A DNA stretch of 63,611 bases, the filler included, from Sanchytrium tribonematis (taxonomy: Eukaryota), in NCBI GenBank assembly GCA_018985235.1. It is 25 parts of 25 records of this genome, joined end to end, with 100 filler letters (N's around TTAATTAATTAA, not from the genome) between each part and the next. Parts side by side here need not be neighbours in the genome. Positions count along the whole stretch, not along the records: positions 1 to 1,847 come from JADGIG010001193.1; positions 1,948 to 3,788 come from JADGIG010001194.1; positions 3,889 to 5,724 come from JADGIG010001195.1; positions 5,825 to 7,658 come from JADGIG010001196.1; positions 7,759 to 9,580 come from JADGIG010001197.1; positions 9,681 to 27,866 come from JADGIG010000118.1; 19 more parts are not named here. One strand, written 5' to 3'. A program made the position numbers and the translations under genes. The notes below the pieces were generated by a model. It was not told where the DNA came from, did no database searches, and was given only the letters and a program-made list of their open reading frames with translations. Below, in pieces: positions 1 through 12,700 of this stretch. Positions within the stretch are counted from its first letter, which is position 1. The number at the start of each line of letters is the position of its first letter.

Positions 1-399
1 ATTTCCGTATTTTAATTGTCGTGGGATATAAAATGGCGCATTAGACATGGATTCCATTCCACCAACTAAAACAACTTTTTGCATGCCCAACTGAATCTGC
101 TGGGCGCCAAGGGTGACTGATTTTAAGCCAGAAGCACAGACTTTGTTGATTGTCGTTGCTTCTGTTGATGCATGACATTTGGATTTCAACACAACTTGTC
201 TGGCTGGTGCTTGTTTGTTGTTTGCAGTCAAGACATTCCCGAAATAGCAATCTTGGATTTCATTTGGAGATATTTTAGCAGAATCAATGGCGGATGTAGC
301 AGCAATCGTACCTAATTCCACTGCTGATTTGGATGATAATTTGCCTTGGAAGCTGCCAATTGGAGTTCGTTTAGCGGATAATATAAAAACACGCTGCAT
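1..399 (-). CDS. ERG10: Acetyl-CoA acetyltransferase (thiolase), 5' part, with a 1-bp frameshift near 262
   Basis: Manual translation gives MQRVFILSAKRTPIGSFQG...(fs)QDCYFGNVLTANNKQAPARQ...TTINKVCASGLKS...VGGMESMSNAPF, which carries the thiolase active-site motif. The shift lies in an A run. Confidence 0.88.
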   Translation of the reverse strand, partial: MQRVFILSAKRTPIGSFQGKLSSKSAVELGTIAATSAIDSAKISPNEIQDCYFGNVLTANNKQAPARQVVLKSKCHASTEATTINKVCASGLKSVTLGAQQIQLGMQKVVLVGGMESMSNAPFYIPRQLKYGN

Positions 400-443
400 T
401 TTCAATTTGTGTTTGAAAAAATATCAAAAATATGATTATTTTA

Positions 444-1667
444 TTAAAAATGCTTCTTAATATACAAATAGACACCCACATGCTCATTCACTTGTGCATT
501 TTCAAGCATCGTTTGTAAATTATATGGATATTTATGCAAATGCAGCCATTTGATCGTCTTTAAATCAGAAAATAAAGCAGCTTGCTCAAATGAAAATGTA
601 TTTTTCTCACATTTGTCATTCAAATATTCAAGAATATCCAAATTATTGTGAATGACGGCACTCGCAAATGAATATTTGTCAATTGAGCAGTTGTTTTGAT
701 ACAAAAATTGCATTTCTTTCAAATCTCCACGCTCTACTGCTTTCTTAAAGGTCCCTTTTGAAAATGGACACCCATTTACAAGTAAATATTCCATCATTTC
801 TAAATTATTTGCATTTTTAAAAGTGTCTTTTGTAAATTCAAATCCCTCTGCCAGTAAATACTCCACCATTTCTATACTAGACTGCACTGCATATTCCATT
901 ACATTTTCAGATATTTCACAGCCATGTTGCTTCAAACATTTGATAAAACAAATTTTGCCGCATTTTACGCCCTTGTTGAAAACAGAGGCATCAAATGGAC
1001 ATTCGAGGTATTTGAGGTATTTGCAATGAAATATATTGCCAAATTCCACAGCCATTTCTAATGAAAATGGACTGAGGGGACATTTGTTCAAATGCAAAAA
1101 TTGCATCATTTCTAAATTTGCATTTTTAGCTGCTAATCCCATCGTTTCTTCCGTAAATGGATAATCCAATTTGTTCATAATGAGTTGCACTTTTTTAATA
1201 TCATTGCTTTCTACTGCCACATTCAATAAATTGAGTTTTTTGCACGTAATTACTCGAATTGGATGAAAGTGGGATAGAATGAAATCCAAGCATTCGATGG
1301 ATCCCCTTTTGATACTCATAACTAGGGTAGCAAATTCTACCTCATAGCCATTCGAATGAAGCAATTTTAAGCATCTTAAATGGTTTGAAAACATAAATGT
1401 GGGCAAAGACTGATTTGTGAACTCGTGGGAGTGGATCAATGCTTGTAAAATGGGATATAGATCATTATAGAATAGCTGATGACGATTGTAAATATCGTGG
1501 ATGGCGTCAAATGCAGATAATTTTATATATTCACAAACATTGTTTTCTTTGAAATAATCGACGGAAAGATGCTGAATCACTGAAAATGAGCATTTGAGGA
1601 CTACAGCCGTCAATATATCATTCAAATAAAGAGCTACTTCATCTCGCAGTTCGATTGGGAAATGCAT
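444..1667 (-). CDS. Ankyrin-like repeat protein (short repeats of the AAxxGxLExxxYLxxNGCP type)
   Basis: Repeated AAKNANLEMMQFLHLNKCP / AVERGDLKEMQFLYQNNCS units. Confidence 0.8.
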   Translation of the reverse strand: MHFPIELRDEVALYLNDILTAVVLKCSFSVIQHLSVDYFKENNVCEYIKLSAFDAIHDIYNRHQLFYNDLYPILQALIHSHEFTNQSLPTFMFSNHLRCLKLLHSNGYEVEFATLVMSIKRGSIECLDFILSHFHPIRVITCKKLNLLNVAVESNDIKKVQLIMNKLDYPFTEETMGLAAKNANLEMMQFLHLNKCPLSPFSLEMAVEFGNIFHCKYLKYLECPFDASVFNKGVKCGKICFIKCLKQHGCEISENVMEYAVQSSIEMVEYLLAEGFEFTKDTFKNANNLEMMEYLLVNGCPFSKGTFKKAVERGDLKEMQFLYQNNCSIDKYSFASAVIHNNLDILEYLNDKCEKNTFSFEQAALFSDLKTIKWLHLHKYPYNLQTMLENAQVNEHVGVYLYIKKHF

Positions 1668-1847
1668 TTTTGAGTTTCAACTCCATGCAAGAGAATCCCG
1701 TTGAAATCCAAAAGCGCATTTTGTTCGCTCGAATAGACTAATTTATTAAATATGATTATTCGGTAAATGGATCGACCATTTTTGATAATTAAAAATTAGA
1801 TCGACTCAGAATGCTCCTTTTTAACCCTCTTTTTTCCCTTTTTGGAA

Positions 1848-1947
1848 NNNNNNNNNNNNNNNNNNNNNNNNNNNNNNNNNNNNNNNNNNNNTTAATTAAT
1901 TAANNNNNNNNNNNNNNNNNNNNNNNNNNNNNNNNNNNNNNNNNNNN
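1848..1947. other. Artificial contig linker (N-run + TTAATTAATTAA + N-run, about 100 bp); 24 such linkers in the window
   Basis: An identical six-frame-stop 12-mer sits inside N runs at every gap. Contig lengths run 1841, 1836, 1834, 1822, 18186, 1811, 1809..., i.e. text-sorted by length. Confidence 0.98.
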
Positions 1948-2216
1948 TCAGCGAATTTATTAGATTTACATACCACGTTAATCTGATTTTTAAATTTTTC
2001 GAATTTTACTTTTTCCCTCCCTAAAAATATCTACGAAATGTCATACTTGTATATGTTGCCAGCTATTGCAAAAGCTACTAGATTTTTACAATAGATTGAT
2101 ATTGGAAGAAATTTGCGGTACAAGGTGGGTGCAAATGTTTCGAGATCAATGAACGTATATTTATTGATATGGTTACGTCACCCCTGGCAGTAATTACTGC
2201 TTTGATTCTTTTTCTA

Positions 2217-2338
2217 TGACCATCAATTACTCTCTGATTAAATTCTAAGAAATTTCAGATCAACAATTGACCATCAATTAGTCTCTGATTAAATTCTAAG
2301 GAGATTTCAGATCAACAATTGACCATCAATTGCTCTGA
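2217..2338 (+). repeat. Tandem repeat, 51-52 bp unit, about 2.4 copies
   Basis: TGACCATCAATTA..CTCTGATTAAATTCTAAG..ATTTCAGATCAACAAT repeats at 2217 and 2268, with a partial copy at 2320. It lies at the 3' end of the Tc1 relic. Confidence 0.9.
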
Positions 2339-2339
2339 C

Positions 2340-3070
2340 TCAGTTAACGAAGTTGGGTATATCTTTGACTTCTTCATTCTTCTTCACAGCTCTCTCCACA
2401 TAAGTTCAATAACATTCATATCGGGGCTCTTTGCTGGCCAATCAATGAATGTCATATCAAACTCTTCCAGGTATTCTGTTGTGTGTTTCGAAGTATGAAT
2501 AGGGGCATTATCGTGAACCACAAAAAAGTCACCATATTCATCTTCTAATGACAAGAGATTTGGTTTAAAATGTCTATTTATCATTTTAGTGTAAAATTTA
2601 AATTCCATATGGCCTTCACACACTATTAATGGTCCTTTCTTCCAATATGAAATCCACGACCAAATTATAATTTCTCTCCTTTCAAACTTGTCAATTCTCT
2701 GGAATTTTTTTTTATTCATTGTGTGTGAACTATTTTGACCCCAAATCATCTCTACTTTATCCATAAATCTTATTAGTACCATACATTCATCTGTCAAAAT
2801 CACATGCTTTAATTAATCAACAGTCCATTGAATGGCAAATGCAAGTAAATTATTAATGTGTGAAGGGTTTAGTGAAAGTCTTCTTAGCATTCTACAATAC
2901 TTAAAACCATGTTCGTTTAGCTTTGTTTGAATAGTCAATCTTAAGACACCTACGTCAAATTCGCTAGAAATGTCCCAGCAACTAGCAAAACCTCTATTAC
3001 CTACGTCTTGGGCTAATTTGCGATCAAATCGGTCATCAGTCTTTCTTTTACGACCTATAATCTGTTGTCA
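2340..3070 (-). pseudogene. Tc1/mariner-type DDE transposase relic
   Basis: GRKEKTDDRFDRKL, WTVD*LKHVILTDE, VVHDNAPIHTS and WPAKSPDMNVIELMW motifs, with in-frame stops. Confidence 0.88.
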
Positions 3071-4091
3071 ACGCTTCGAAAATCTGTTTTTTGATCCATA
3101 AACTGTTACATAATTTCGTTTCGTTAGCCAGCCAATCAAATTTAATGTTCTAGCCAATAAACGCAATATCATTATCCAATCAACATCAACGGGATAGCTA
3201 ATAAAAACGCTTCAAATTGTTATTATTAATGATGTTTCTAACCAATAGACTGCTTTTAAAGGTGGCTTTGTAACAGTTTGTGTTCAAATAGATTTAAAGT
3301 GATTGGTCAGGGAACATTCATAACAATTGAAAAACAACATTTGTAAAAGTATGAAGTTAAGATCCGAAAAAGCAAGAGAAATAGAAGTTTTTAAAGATGT
3401 ATTGAATAACGTGCAAAATCAAATATCTGATGACTCATTAAAAACTAATAGATGTAAGAGTCGACAATCAAAATTAAGAAAGTTAAAGTTGACGACAAAC
3501 TATTTCCAAAAACATAGGTCTTAAAAGCCTTAGTAACATTCAAAAAAACAATAAGCTCAATACTCAAAAATTGCAAGGTCTTAGACAAACTATAAGTAAT
3601 CGGTTAATTACCAAAAATTTAGATTATCCAGAGTACACACAACCACATTTGCTTAATTTAAAGCTATTTTTAGACTTCCATGATAAATCAAATTTTTCAT
3701 CCTTTGCCATTAAACCTGTATTACGAGAATTTGTTTGCCTTAACTGCAGTTCTTTGAAAAAGCGGCAAAACCTTGATAAAAATCAAAANNNNNNNNNNNN
3801 NNNNNNNNNNNNNNNNNNNNNNNNNNNNNNNNTTAATTAATTAANNNNNNNNNNNNNNNNNNNNNNNNNNNNNNNNNNNNNNNNNNNNCACACCAAATTT
3901 GTCTTTTAGAGATTCGGGCATGTTCACTTAAACAAAAATATATAATACAATTTAAAGCAGGGACTTGTTTGGCAGACATTGTTCCATCCTGGATGTTTAA
4001 TGGTAAGTTGAGATTACTGTCAATTAGTCGTAGAATTAGACAACATAAATATAAACCAGAGAATCTCGATGTTTTATTCTTAACCGGCAAA

Positions 4092-5724
4092 ATGAATGGT
4101 GGGACCCAAAATCGTAATCCATTTCACATTATTGCTGATAAAAACGTGGAATCCTCTACCAATCCTGCACCTTCAAATCTAAGAGACCGCAATTCCAGGA
4201 TTGTTTACGCGAATCATCTTCAAATTAGTTTAAAACAAATACAAATGCATAAACCAATTGAATTGGTAGAAATTGACAACATTCGGATTGGTTTTATTAA
4301 TCTGGATGGTCTTCCTAGCAAAGCTTTAGCCATAAATCCAATGATGGTCCAATTCAACTTGGATCTACTTATAATTGCGGAAACAAAATTATCTAAGACG
4401 TCATCCCATGTTACACCTGTTGTTTTTCATAGTGACACAAAGAATGGATGTTATGGCATGGCTTTTGCGCTTTATTGCAAATATGCGCAAAGACACCTTA
4501 ACATCACTTCCTCTAGCCCGTATCTCTTGAATATTCAGTTTAAATCATTCAATGTCTTGGGTGTTTATATTCCATACTCCATCAATGATAAATTCAAGTT
4601 TTATCTGGATAATTTAGACAAATATGTCAATTCGTACACCTTTATGATTGGGGATTTTAACCAAAAATTGAATCAATGCTCCACAGCATCTGAGCTAAGT
4701 TTAATGGCACACTTGTTCCGAAAACAGCTTGTTTATCAGGATTTATTCAACACCACATTTACGTTTTATAGAGAAACAAATAGAGGTATTGAACAAACCT
4801 TTCCTGATCATTTGATTGCCCCAATTGCGCCAGAACTAAAAATTTCCAACCATGGGTCTATCCCACTATCTCTGTCTTATCATTCCCTTCTTTATTTTGA
4901 TGTCTCTTGTAAGGCTTTACCGCTGCTTCCCAAAAATTCCAAATTAAAAACATATAATTTGAAATCTGATCAAAAGAGATTTGAATTTCAACATGAAATC
5001 GACTTACAGTTCTGTAAATCTATAAAAAATTATGAATATGAATTTAATCTTGATCAAAATATATTCCTTCAATTGTCTGATGACAAACAAAAATCCATTG
5101 TATCTGACACATTTCTACACTTACAAAATATCATTGTAACATCTGCCACAAAAGCAGTGGGTAAAACTCAGGCTATCCCAGCTGAGCTATCTGATTCTCT
5201 TTTCCAACTTGGTAATCAAAAACTTCTTGATTACAATGAGGATGTTAAAGATCAAGTGAAAATGCAGAAAAAAGAATATTTTCAAACGCGTAGCAAAAAT
5301 CTTAATCAAACACCAGATTCTGAGTTTCTCAAACAAATGAAATATTCTCGTAGACGTAAATTCCATAAAGAATCGATGCTGGATGTGAATAAGATCGACT
5401 TTTATATCGATGAATTAAAAAGCAAATGGAATACAAATGAGGGTGATAATCCTTCAAACCATAACAAATTCCTGATTAACCATGACCAATCTCCATTCTC
5501 TTTCTCTTCTGATGACTTTGAAGTTGCGTTAGCCAGTTTGCCAAATGGGAAAACTGCAGGACCAGACGAAATTGACTCAGAAATGCTCAAAAACTCATCT
5601 GTTAATTTTCAAGAAAAACTGCTAAAGTGGATAAATCTATGCCTATGGAGTGGCTGCTTACCAGAACTACTTTATAGTAGTGATCTGATAGGACTCCATA
5701 AAAAGAGCGATGGCTCAGATTTTA
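4092..5724 (+). mobile_element. Non-LTR retrotransposon (LINE) ORF: APE endonuclease plus start of RT, truncated by gap
   Basis: IGFINLDG, LIIAETK, MIGDFN, PDH and SYH APE motifs, followed by LPNGKTAGPDEIDSEMLK (RT N-terminus). Confidence 0.88.
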
Positions 5725-5824
5725 NNNNNNNNNNNNNNNNNNNNNNNNNNNNNNNNNNNNNNNNNNNNTTAATTAATTAANNNNNNNNNNNNNNNNNNNN
5801 NNNNNNNNNNNNNNNNNNNNNNNN

Positions 5825-7658
5825 TGGATTTGATCAAAAATGATGCACTCTGACGAAAGTTCTTGATCATCTGGTTCTGGCATACATTCACGCGAGCCAC
5901 CATCAAGATTTATATTTATTATAATGGATTTGACATCACTGTCCAGAAATGTACCAAATTCAAGTGGGCATCGATTTGTAGTAAAATAATATTCAGAGTT
6001 GTTCAGTATTTCCCTATCTACTAGATCATTAACAATGTGATCCAATGTTGTTCTTTTCATGCAATAGTATGGGATCGTCTTGTGATTTGGCAATGTGATC
6101 CAAATTAGTCGGTCATCCATTGGTGGGGATTTAATTCTCTTGAGACGTTTGAATTCAAAAGCAGGCATCAATCTTTTGACAGGAGATGATGGTGGATCAG
6201 AAACTACATTTATTTGTTGTTTATTCCATTTGGCCCATCGTCTCCTGCCTAAATTAGATTTAAAATACTCCATAATTTCAGTAGTACAAACCAATGTAAT
6301 ATCAATAATCTGCGTCCCAACAATCTTGCTCAGAATAATGTCATCTCTCACTGACATTTTATCACCATTTAATTTTACTAGTTCAACACTGTCAATTTGA
6401 ATTCTTTCAACTGGGATACGAATTGCATTAGACACCTCGCTTTTCAAAGTAGCAATACTAGAGTAGACTTCCACATTTACAGGTTCCTCGTGATATTCAC
6501 ACGATGCTTCATTAAAGCACATGAGATTGAAAATGAATCTAATTGGCTGTTTGTACTTTTGCCATGGTAATTCCGGAGTATACAAATCAGCAACATTCTC
6601 AACATTTGTAGGGTCAATTACAGGTGGATCTGGTGTATTCAAGGCTATATTCATCATCTTTTCCTGCAACTTGTTCTTTTTATGTGGAAATTCTCTGCGA
6701 AAATCATTCAGTAAGTAGGCCATTGAATAAAATTTAATGTATTCCCATTGCTGAAACTGACAAATCTTGATTAATACACTTTTAATCTCTACAATTCTAT
6801 CTTGTGACGCATTTTTAATAATTTCATGAATTTGTTGATTATAAGTAAACAAATGGCAAGCATCATTCTCCAGTAACTTGACTGTTTGATCATTAGTCAA
6901 CTTGATCACCTTAATTTTGGCCAGATTTGATATCATCTTGTCCCAATCTGCATCCGTGTCAAAATTTTGCAAATGAGCAATAATCCAATATTTATCTTTA
7001 TCGTCCTTGTGCTTCAATTGCTTGTAATATGTGACAATAGCAGATTGATTGGCAATCATTTTCTTTAATTTATCTCTCTGTGTCCCTAATTGATCATGAT
7101 AAATTTCAATTTCCATTGATTTCCCCGTGTAACATTCGTGATTTGCAATTTGTGAGAGCGTCTCCAGATCATTAATGCCATCCAATTTGGGAATATGAGG
7201 CACTTTTATATCAAATTTGAGCATGTTATCAACAGAAAAACGAGTCAATGCGTCAGTGGATCTTGAAAATCCAATAATTACATTTTCAAAGGAGTCCACA
7301 TTTGCCAAACCAGTCAGAGCACGATTTAATTTTAGAATACGCTGAATGAGCGGTACTTTACAATACTTTTGATATTCCTCATTATTCATGGAATCAATTG
7401 GATTAATAAATTGCTTAAAAATCAAGATTTTCAACTCATCCAAAGTCAGATTATTCAAGGCACTACAGATGCTCACTGCATTACTATTGACATTGATTGG
7501 CATGGAATATGGTCCGGTACATCCTAAGTGATACACATCATGTCCAAGTGGTTTCATTTCAATCAAGCAAGGGCAGTTATGACAACTATTTGTGCAGACC
7601 AGTTTAAAGCATTCTTTGTCCATTTTAGCAAATAAATGAATCAATTTAGCCGCATTAT
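5825..7658 (-). CDS. Hypothetical protein with two ubiquitin-like segments, open at both contig ends
   Basis: Long ORF containing VNVEVYSSIATLKSEVSNAIRIPVERIQI and LIWITLPNHKTI...ININLDGG, both resembling beta-grasp UBL domains. Confidence 0.55.
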
Positions 7659-8028
7659 NNNNNNNNNNNNNNNNNNNNNNNNNNNNNNNNNNNNNNNNNN
7701 NNTTAATTAATTAANNNNNNNNNNNNNNNNNNNNNNNNNNNNNNNNNNNNNNNNNNNNAACTAAATCTGGTGATAATTTGCGTAAGAAAATGCGGGATAG
7801 CATTTGTTTTGAAAAAATTTTGGTGTGAAATTGAACTCACAGCTCTTCATATTTCACTATTAATAGGCAGCTACAATTTATTAATGTTGTTTTGGCATGA
7901 CACACTTAAGCTTCAAATTTGTAAAGTAATATTATTTATGAGACATATCTCCATAAATGCACCATAATTTTTATTGGTTAAAAACACGTGCTCAATTTTA
8001 ATGGTAAATTTGCAAATTTTCTAATCAA

Positions 8029-8817
8029 ATGAGTGAAGAACAACCACAAGTAGCCGCAGCTGGAACACCAGCACCAGTCAAAGAAGAACGTCCACAAAGA
8101 AGAGGACGTGGTGGTCAAAGACCAAGACGTCAAAAAGGAGAAAAGGATGAATGGATTCCAGTAACAAAATTAGGTCGATTAGTCAAAGCTGGTATCATTA
8201 CTTCTTTGGAACAAATTTACTTGTTCTCTTTGCCAATTAAGGAGTATCAAATTGTTGATCACTTTTTGCCAAATTTGAAAGATGAGGTTATGAACATTCA
8301 GCCTGTCCAAAAGCAAACTCGTGCTGGTCAAAGAACTAGATTTAAGGCTACTGTTCTTATTGGAGACTCTGACGGACATGTCGGATTAGGAGTCAAAACT
8401 TCCAAAGAAGTTGCTGATTCTATCAAAGCTGGTATTATCTTGGCCAAATTATCTATTATCCCTGTTCGTCGTGGTTATTGGGGTACCAACCTTGGAGAGC
8501 CACACACTGTCCCTTGTAAAGTATCTGGAAAATGTGCTTCTGCGGCTGTTAAATTTATTCCTGCACCTAAAGGTACTGATTTAGTTGCTGCTCCTGTTAT
8601 GAAAAAATTATTGCAGTTAGCTGGTATCAAAGATTGTTATACAGGATCTACTGGTTGTACAAGAACCATTGCTAATTTCTTAAAAGCTGGATTTGTTGCT
8701 ATTTCAAAGACTTACGGATTCTTGACACCTTCATTATGGCCTCAAACCAAATACTTACCGTTACCAACTGCTGAGCATGCTGAGTTTTTGGCTAAAGAAG
8801 CAAAAAGAAAGCATTAA
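8029..8817 (+). CDS. RPS2: 40S ribosomal protein S2 (uS5)
   Basis: [29 protein letters not shown] and PVRRGYWG motifs; intronless. Confidence 0.98.
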   Translation: MSEEQPQVAAAGTPAPVKEERPQRRGRGGQRPRRQKGEKDEWIPVTKLGRLVKAGIITSLEQIYLFSLPIKEYQIVDHFLPNLKDEVMNIQPVQKQTRAGQRTRFKATVLIGDSDGHVGLGVKTSKEVADSIKAGIILAKLSIIPVRRGYWGTNLGEPHTVPCKVSGKCASAAVKFIPAPKGTDLVAAPVMKKLLQLAGIKDCYTGSTGCTRTIANFLKAGFVAISKTYGFLTPSLWPQTKYLPLPTAEHAEFLAKEAKRKH

Positions 8818-8845
8818 TTAAATACATTGCTCTTTTATAACTACT

Positions 8846-9580
8846 TTATTGATTTTTAAATTTCTTTTTGTAAGTCTCTACATCCTTATCTAAAGCTCGT
8901 TTTTGAGTGTCGGCCTTTTCCATGAACGCGTCTAATTTTTTAAGGTCCTTTGAATCTTTGGTTGTATTTCTAATTTGTTTCCCTACTTGCTGCATAACTG
9001 TCAACACAACGCTTAATTGATTAGGTAACCAAGTAACAATTGGGCTGCCACCAGTAGCTAATTTAGTATAAGATACCAACAGGATGATTTGAATATTTAA
9101 TAATATATTCTTTTGTGAAATTCCAATGTCTGTGTCGAAAATCTCGTACTTGATCCAACAAACTCAGGTATTTTAAGCTACTTTGAACATCTTTCAGGGC
9201 GTATGCCTTCACTCCTAGTTTCTTACTTTCATTTTCCACAAAAGTCAACCATTCAGTGTGGGCATGGGGACGATAAGTTCGAAAGTCTTTCAAAATCTGG
9301 GTCAGTGGATTGTCTGGCATCACATTGGTGATTTCTAATAGATTGTCACAAGTTGGGATAATAGAATCATTAGCACCTGATTCACCACGATAAGCCTGGG
9401 GATCTTTCGATACTCCTTCATAAATCACGCCATTTGGAAAAATTTCCTCTTGATTTTTGATTCCCATGATGAAAGTTCTAAATCTATTATAATCTTGCGG
9501 TTTACTGGCTGCCCACATGGTTTCCATAACGATATTAATTTGATTCATGGTTTTGGTTAAATTGTCGATTGCTGAATTGA
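8846..9580 (-). CDS. Indoleamine 2,3-dioxygenase family protein, 3' part, 2 exons
   Basis: YRGESGANDS, FRTYRP and RHWNFTKEYIIK motifs. Splicing out 9058-9076 restores HPVATGGSPIVTWLPNQL. Confidence 0.88.
9058..9076 (-). other. 19-nt spliceosomal intron (IDO)
   Basis: GTATCTTATACTAAATTAG; removal fuses two ORFs into the conserved HPVATGGS. Confidence 0.9.
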
Positions 9581-9742
9581 NNNNNNNNNNNNNNNNNNNN
9601 NNNNNNNNNNNNNNNNNNNNNNNNTTAATTAATTAANNNNNNNNNNNNNNNNNNNNNNNNNNNNNNNNNNNNNNNNNNNNGATGATATTTAAGAAATGAA
9701 TAAGAAGAGAGAGTGACTTTAATAAACATTCGTTATTATAAA

Positions 9743-12700
9743 ATGGAGATGATTCAACCTACTATTTCGGATTTCAGTCGATCTATGAGTAAATACGACC
9801 CCGAGAAGGTGAGTTTTAAAGGATGGCTAAGCGCATTTGAGAAGAAACTTGGTCTTTACGACATTGAGCGTGAAAAAGACAAGATTCGTTTATTAATTAA
9901 TGGCTTGCCTCAAAAATGGGAACTCTATGCCATGCAACATGGGGAGGATCAGGATGGTCGATTAAGCTATGAAAAGATAAAAGAAGTCCTTCGAGAAAAA
10001 TGTTTGGAGGAGGTGAGTTTAGAAGATTTTTGGGATTTGAAAATGGAAAGAGATGAGAGTGTCGATGAATTTGCAGATCGTTTGAAACGAATGTCAGAGG
10101 ATCTCCGTATTGATGAGAAAACAGTGATTCGCCAGTTTCGTGTATCTTTGAAATTTGGAATTCGAGAAAGAATGAGTGCGATGACATATTCCTCATTACA
10201 AGAAGCCGTGTGGAGTGCCAAAAATGTGGAACGAGATTTAAATGAAAAGGCAAGGTATACAAAAGCATTTAGTGATCCAAGTGGAAAATGCAACAAGTGC
10301 AATGGCGAGCATAAAGGCAGATGTGTGAGATGCTTCAAATGTAGCAATTGGGGACACAAGTCTGAGCAATGCACTACTACCAATCCGGACATCAACAATC
10401 TCGAAATTGAAAAAATAAATGTTGAAGAGTATGTGCCTGGTTTTATTAATGATGTTGCATTTAAGATTATGATAGACACAGGAGCAAGTATTACCGTGAT
10501 CAATGAGAAGAATTTTGGCAAGTTAAAGTTGGATTTGGAAAGCACGGATGGGACTGTCTCAGCGGGATATTCAAGTATTGAAATTTTGGGTACTAGCGCA
10601 TTAAATGTGAGATTGCAGAATAATTTAGAATTCGAGCAGATTTTTCATGTTTTGGAAGGGGAATTTCCAAAAATCCCCATAATTGGTCGTGACTGTCTTT
10701 GTGGTAAATTGAATGCGAAATTGGAAGTGCGATTGGAATCAGTGAATCTTCTAGAAACAGATCAAAACAGGGAGTTTTTGGAGTTGTTAGATGGAAAATT
10801 GAGTCATTTAAGTGTAGAAGATAAGAATGAGGTAATTGAAATTGTATGTAAATATTCCGTCGATAATACAAAGCCGATAAATTTACCACCTGTGAAATTT
10901 GAATTAAAACCTAATGCAGATTTGAGTGCATTGCAACAGAAACCATACAAGGAACAGCACCAGGAAGAAATGCAGCGAATTATTGAAAAGGGGATAAAGA
11001 ATGGCCATTTTAAACATGGTATTTCAAGTGTGTCGTCTCCCGCATTTCTCGTCAAAAAGCCAAATAACAAAGGGTGGCGACTCGTAATCGATTACAGGCT
11101 TCTAAATACTCAACTATTGAAGACGGGACAGCCATTGCCAATAATTATTGATTTACTGAACTCAGTTCATGGCTCAGAGGTGTTTAGCGTTTTCGATCTC
11201 GAAGACGGCTTTCACCAATTGGGTGTGGATGAGGCCACTGGTAAACTGCTTAGTTTTGTGACATCTGATGGAATGCAATACGAGTTCAACAGACTGGGCC
11301 AAGGTGCATCTCCTAGTCCTGGCATCTTTCAGTATAATTTGTTGACCATTTTGAAACAGTTGAAGAATATGGGATTATACATTGATGATTTATTGCTCCA
11401 CGATCGAGATATGACAGCCCATAAAGCACAATTGCGGGATTTAATTGGTATATGTAATGAATATAATCTCAGAATTAACTGGAATAAAGCACAATTATGC
11501 AAAAGTAGCGTCGTCTATCTTGGATTTGAATTGGATAAACATGGATTTAGACCTAAGGGGGAGTATCTGAATGAATTACATACACTAGCAAGTCCTCGCA
11601 ACAAAAAGGAAGTGCAGAGACTGATTGGGATGGTGAATTGGATCAAGCAGTTTGTGAAGGGATATGAGATTCTCATTCAACCAATTCGACGACTTCTTAA
11701 AGTGGATAAGTTTAAATGGACCACAGATGCAGAAGAGGCATTTCGCAGCATCATTACTCAAGCTGAAAAGACAGATTTGAAGTATTTTAGTAGTGGGGAT
11801 TTCGATCTTTATTGTGATGCATCGAAAAGTGGGATCGGTGGAAGTTTGTATCAAAATGACAAGCTGGTTGCATTATTTAGCAAGTGCTTAAGTGATACTG
11901 AGTCTTCATGGAACTCATTTGAAAAGGAAATGATGGCTGTGCAATATGGACTAAACAAATATGGTCGATTTATTGGAAATCAGTTAGTACGAGTGCACAC
12001 AGATAATGAAGCAGTAGGTTACTATATTCAAGGATACGGGAATAAGACATCTCCCAAGGTGCGTCGCTGGATAGAAACAATCTTGGACTATAATGTGGAA
12101 TATGTCAAGATAAGTGGAAAAGACAACACCCAGGCGGATATTCTAAGTCGTATGCCTCATCAATCAACTCCTTCTATTAATGTTGTTGATCTAGATGTTG
12201 AAGATGGATGGATTAATAATTTAGAAATGGTGTGTGCAGTGGAAACTCGCTCAAAGAGAAAATTGCAAGAATTACATGATTCTGATGATGTGCCAAATCA
12301 TGAGCAGTCTAAAAAGCCACGGATTGAATATTCTGCTGCTCTGCCAGTGTCTGTTGTGGAGGAACCTGTTAGGGAGGAATTTAATGATGAATTGAGATGT
12401 GTTTGTAACTCTAAATTGGAAGTTGACACATTAATACAATGTGATATTTGTGATCATTATGTCCATAATACCTGCTATGGATTACCAGAGAACATGGAAG
12501 GAATGCCATTTGAGTGTGAAATTTGCGACCAACATCAAGCAGAGAATCAAGGAGAACAGCCATCAAACAATCAGGAGTTCAATGATTTACTTAAATACTA
12601 CCATAGAACACACCCTGGCATCAATGCAATGCAGATTCTAATGAAATCAATTGATTATCCCAACAAGTTCCAGTTAATTGCACAATATGTTAATCGTTGT

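Noticed and set aside
444..1667. Giant-virus insertion suggested by the ankyrin-like repeat style
   Set aside because: There are no viral hallmark genes. The gene sits 44 bp from a host thiolase and carries the host upstream motif.
9897..11854. Antisense ORFs in the gypsy element and other nested ORFs in the track
   Set aside because: They are shadow frames of real genes with no recognisable motifs.
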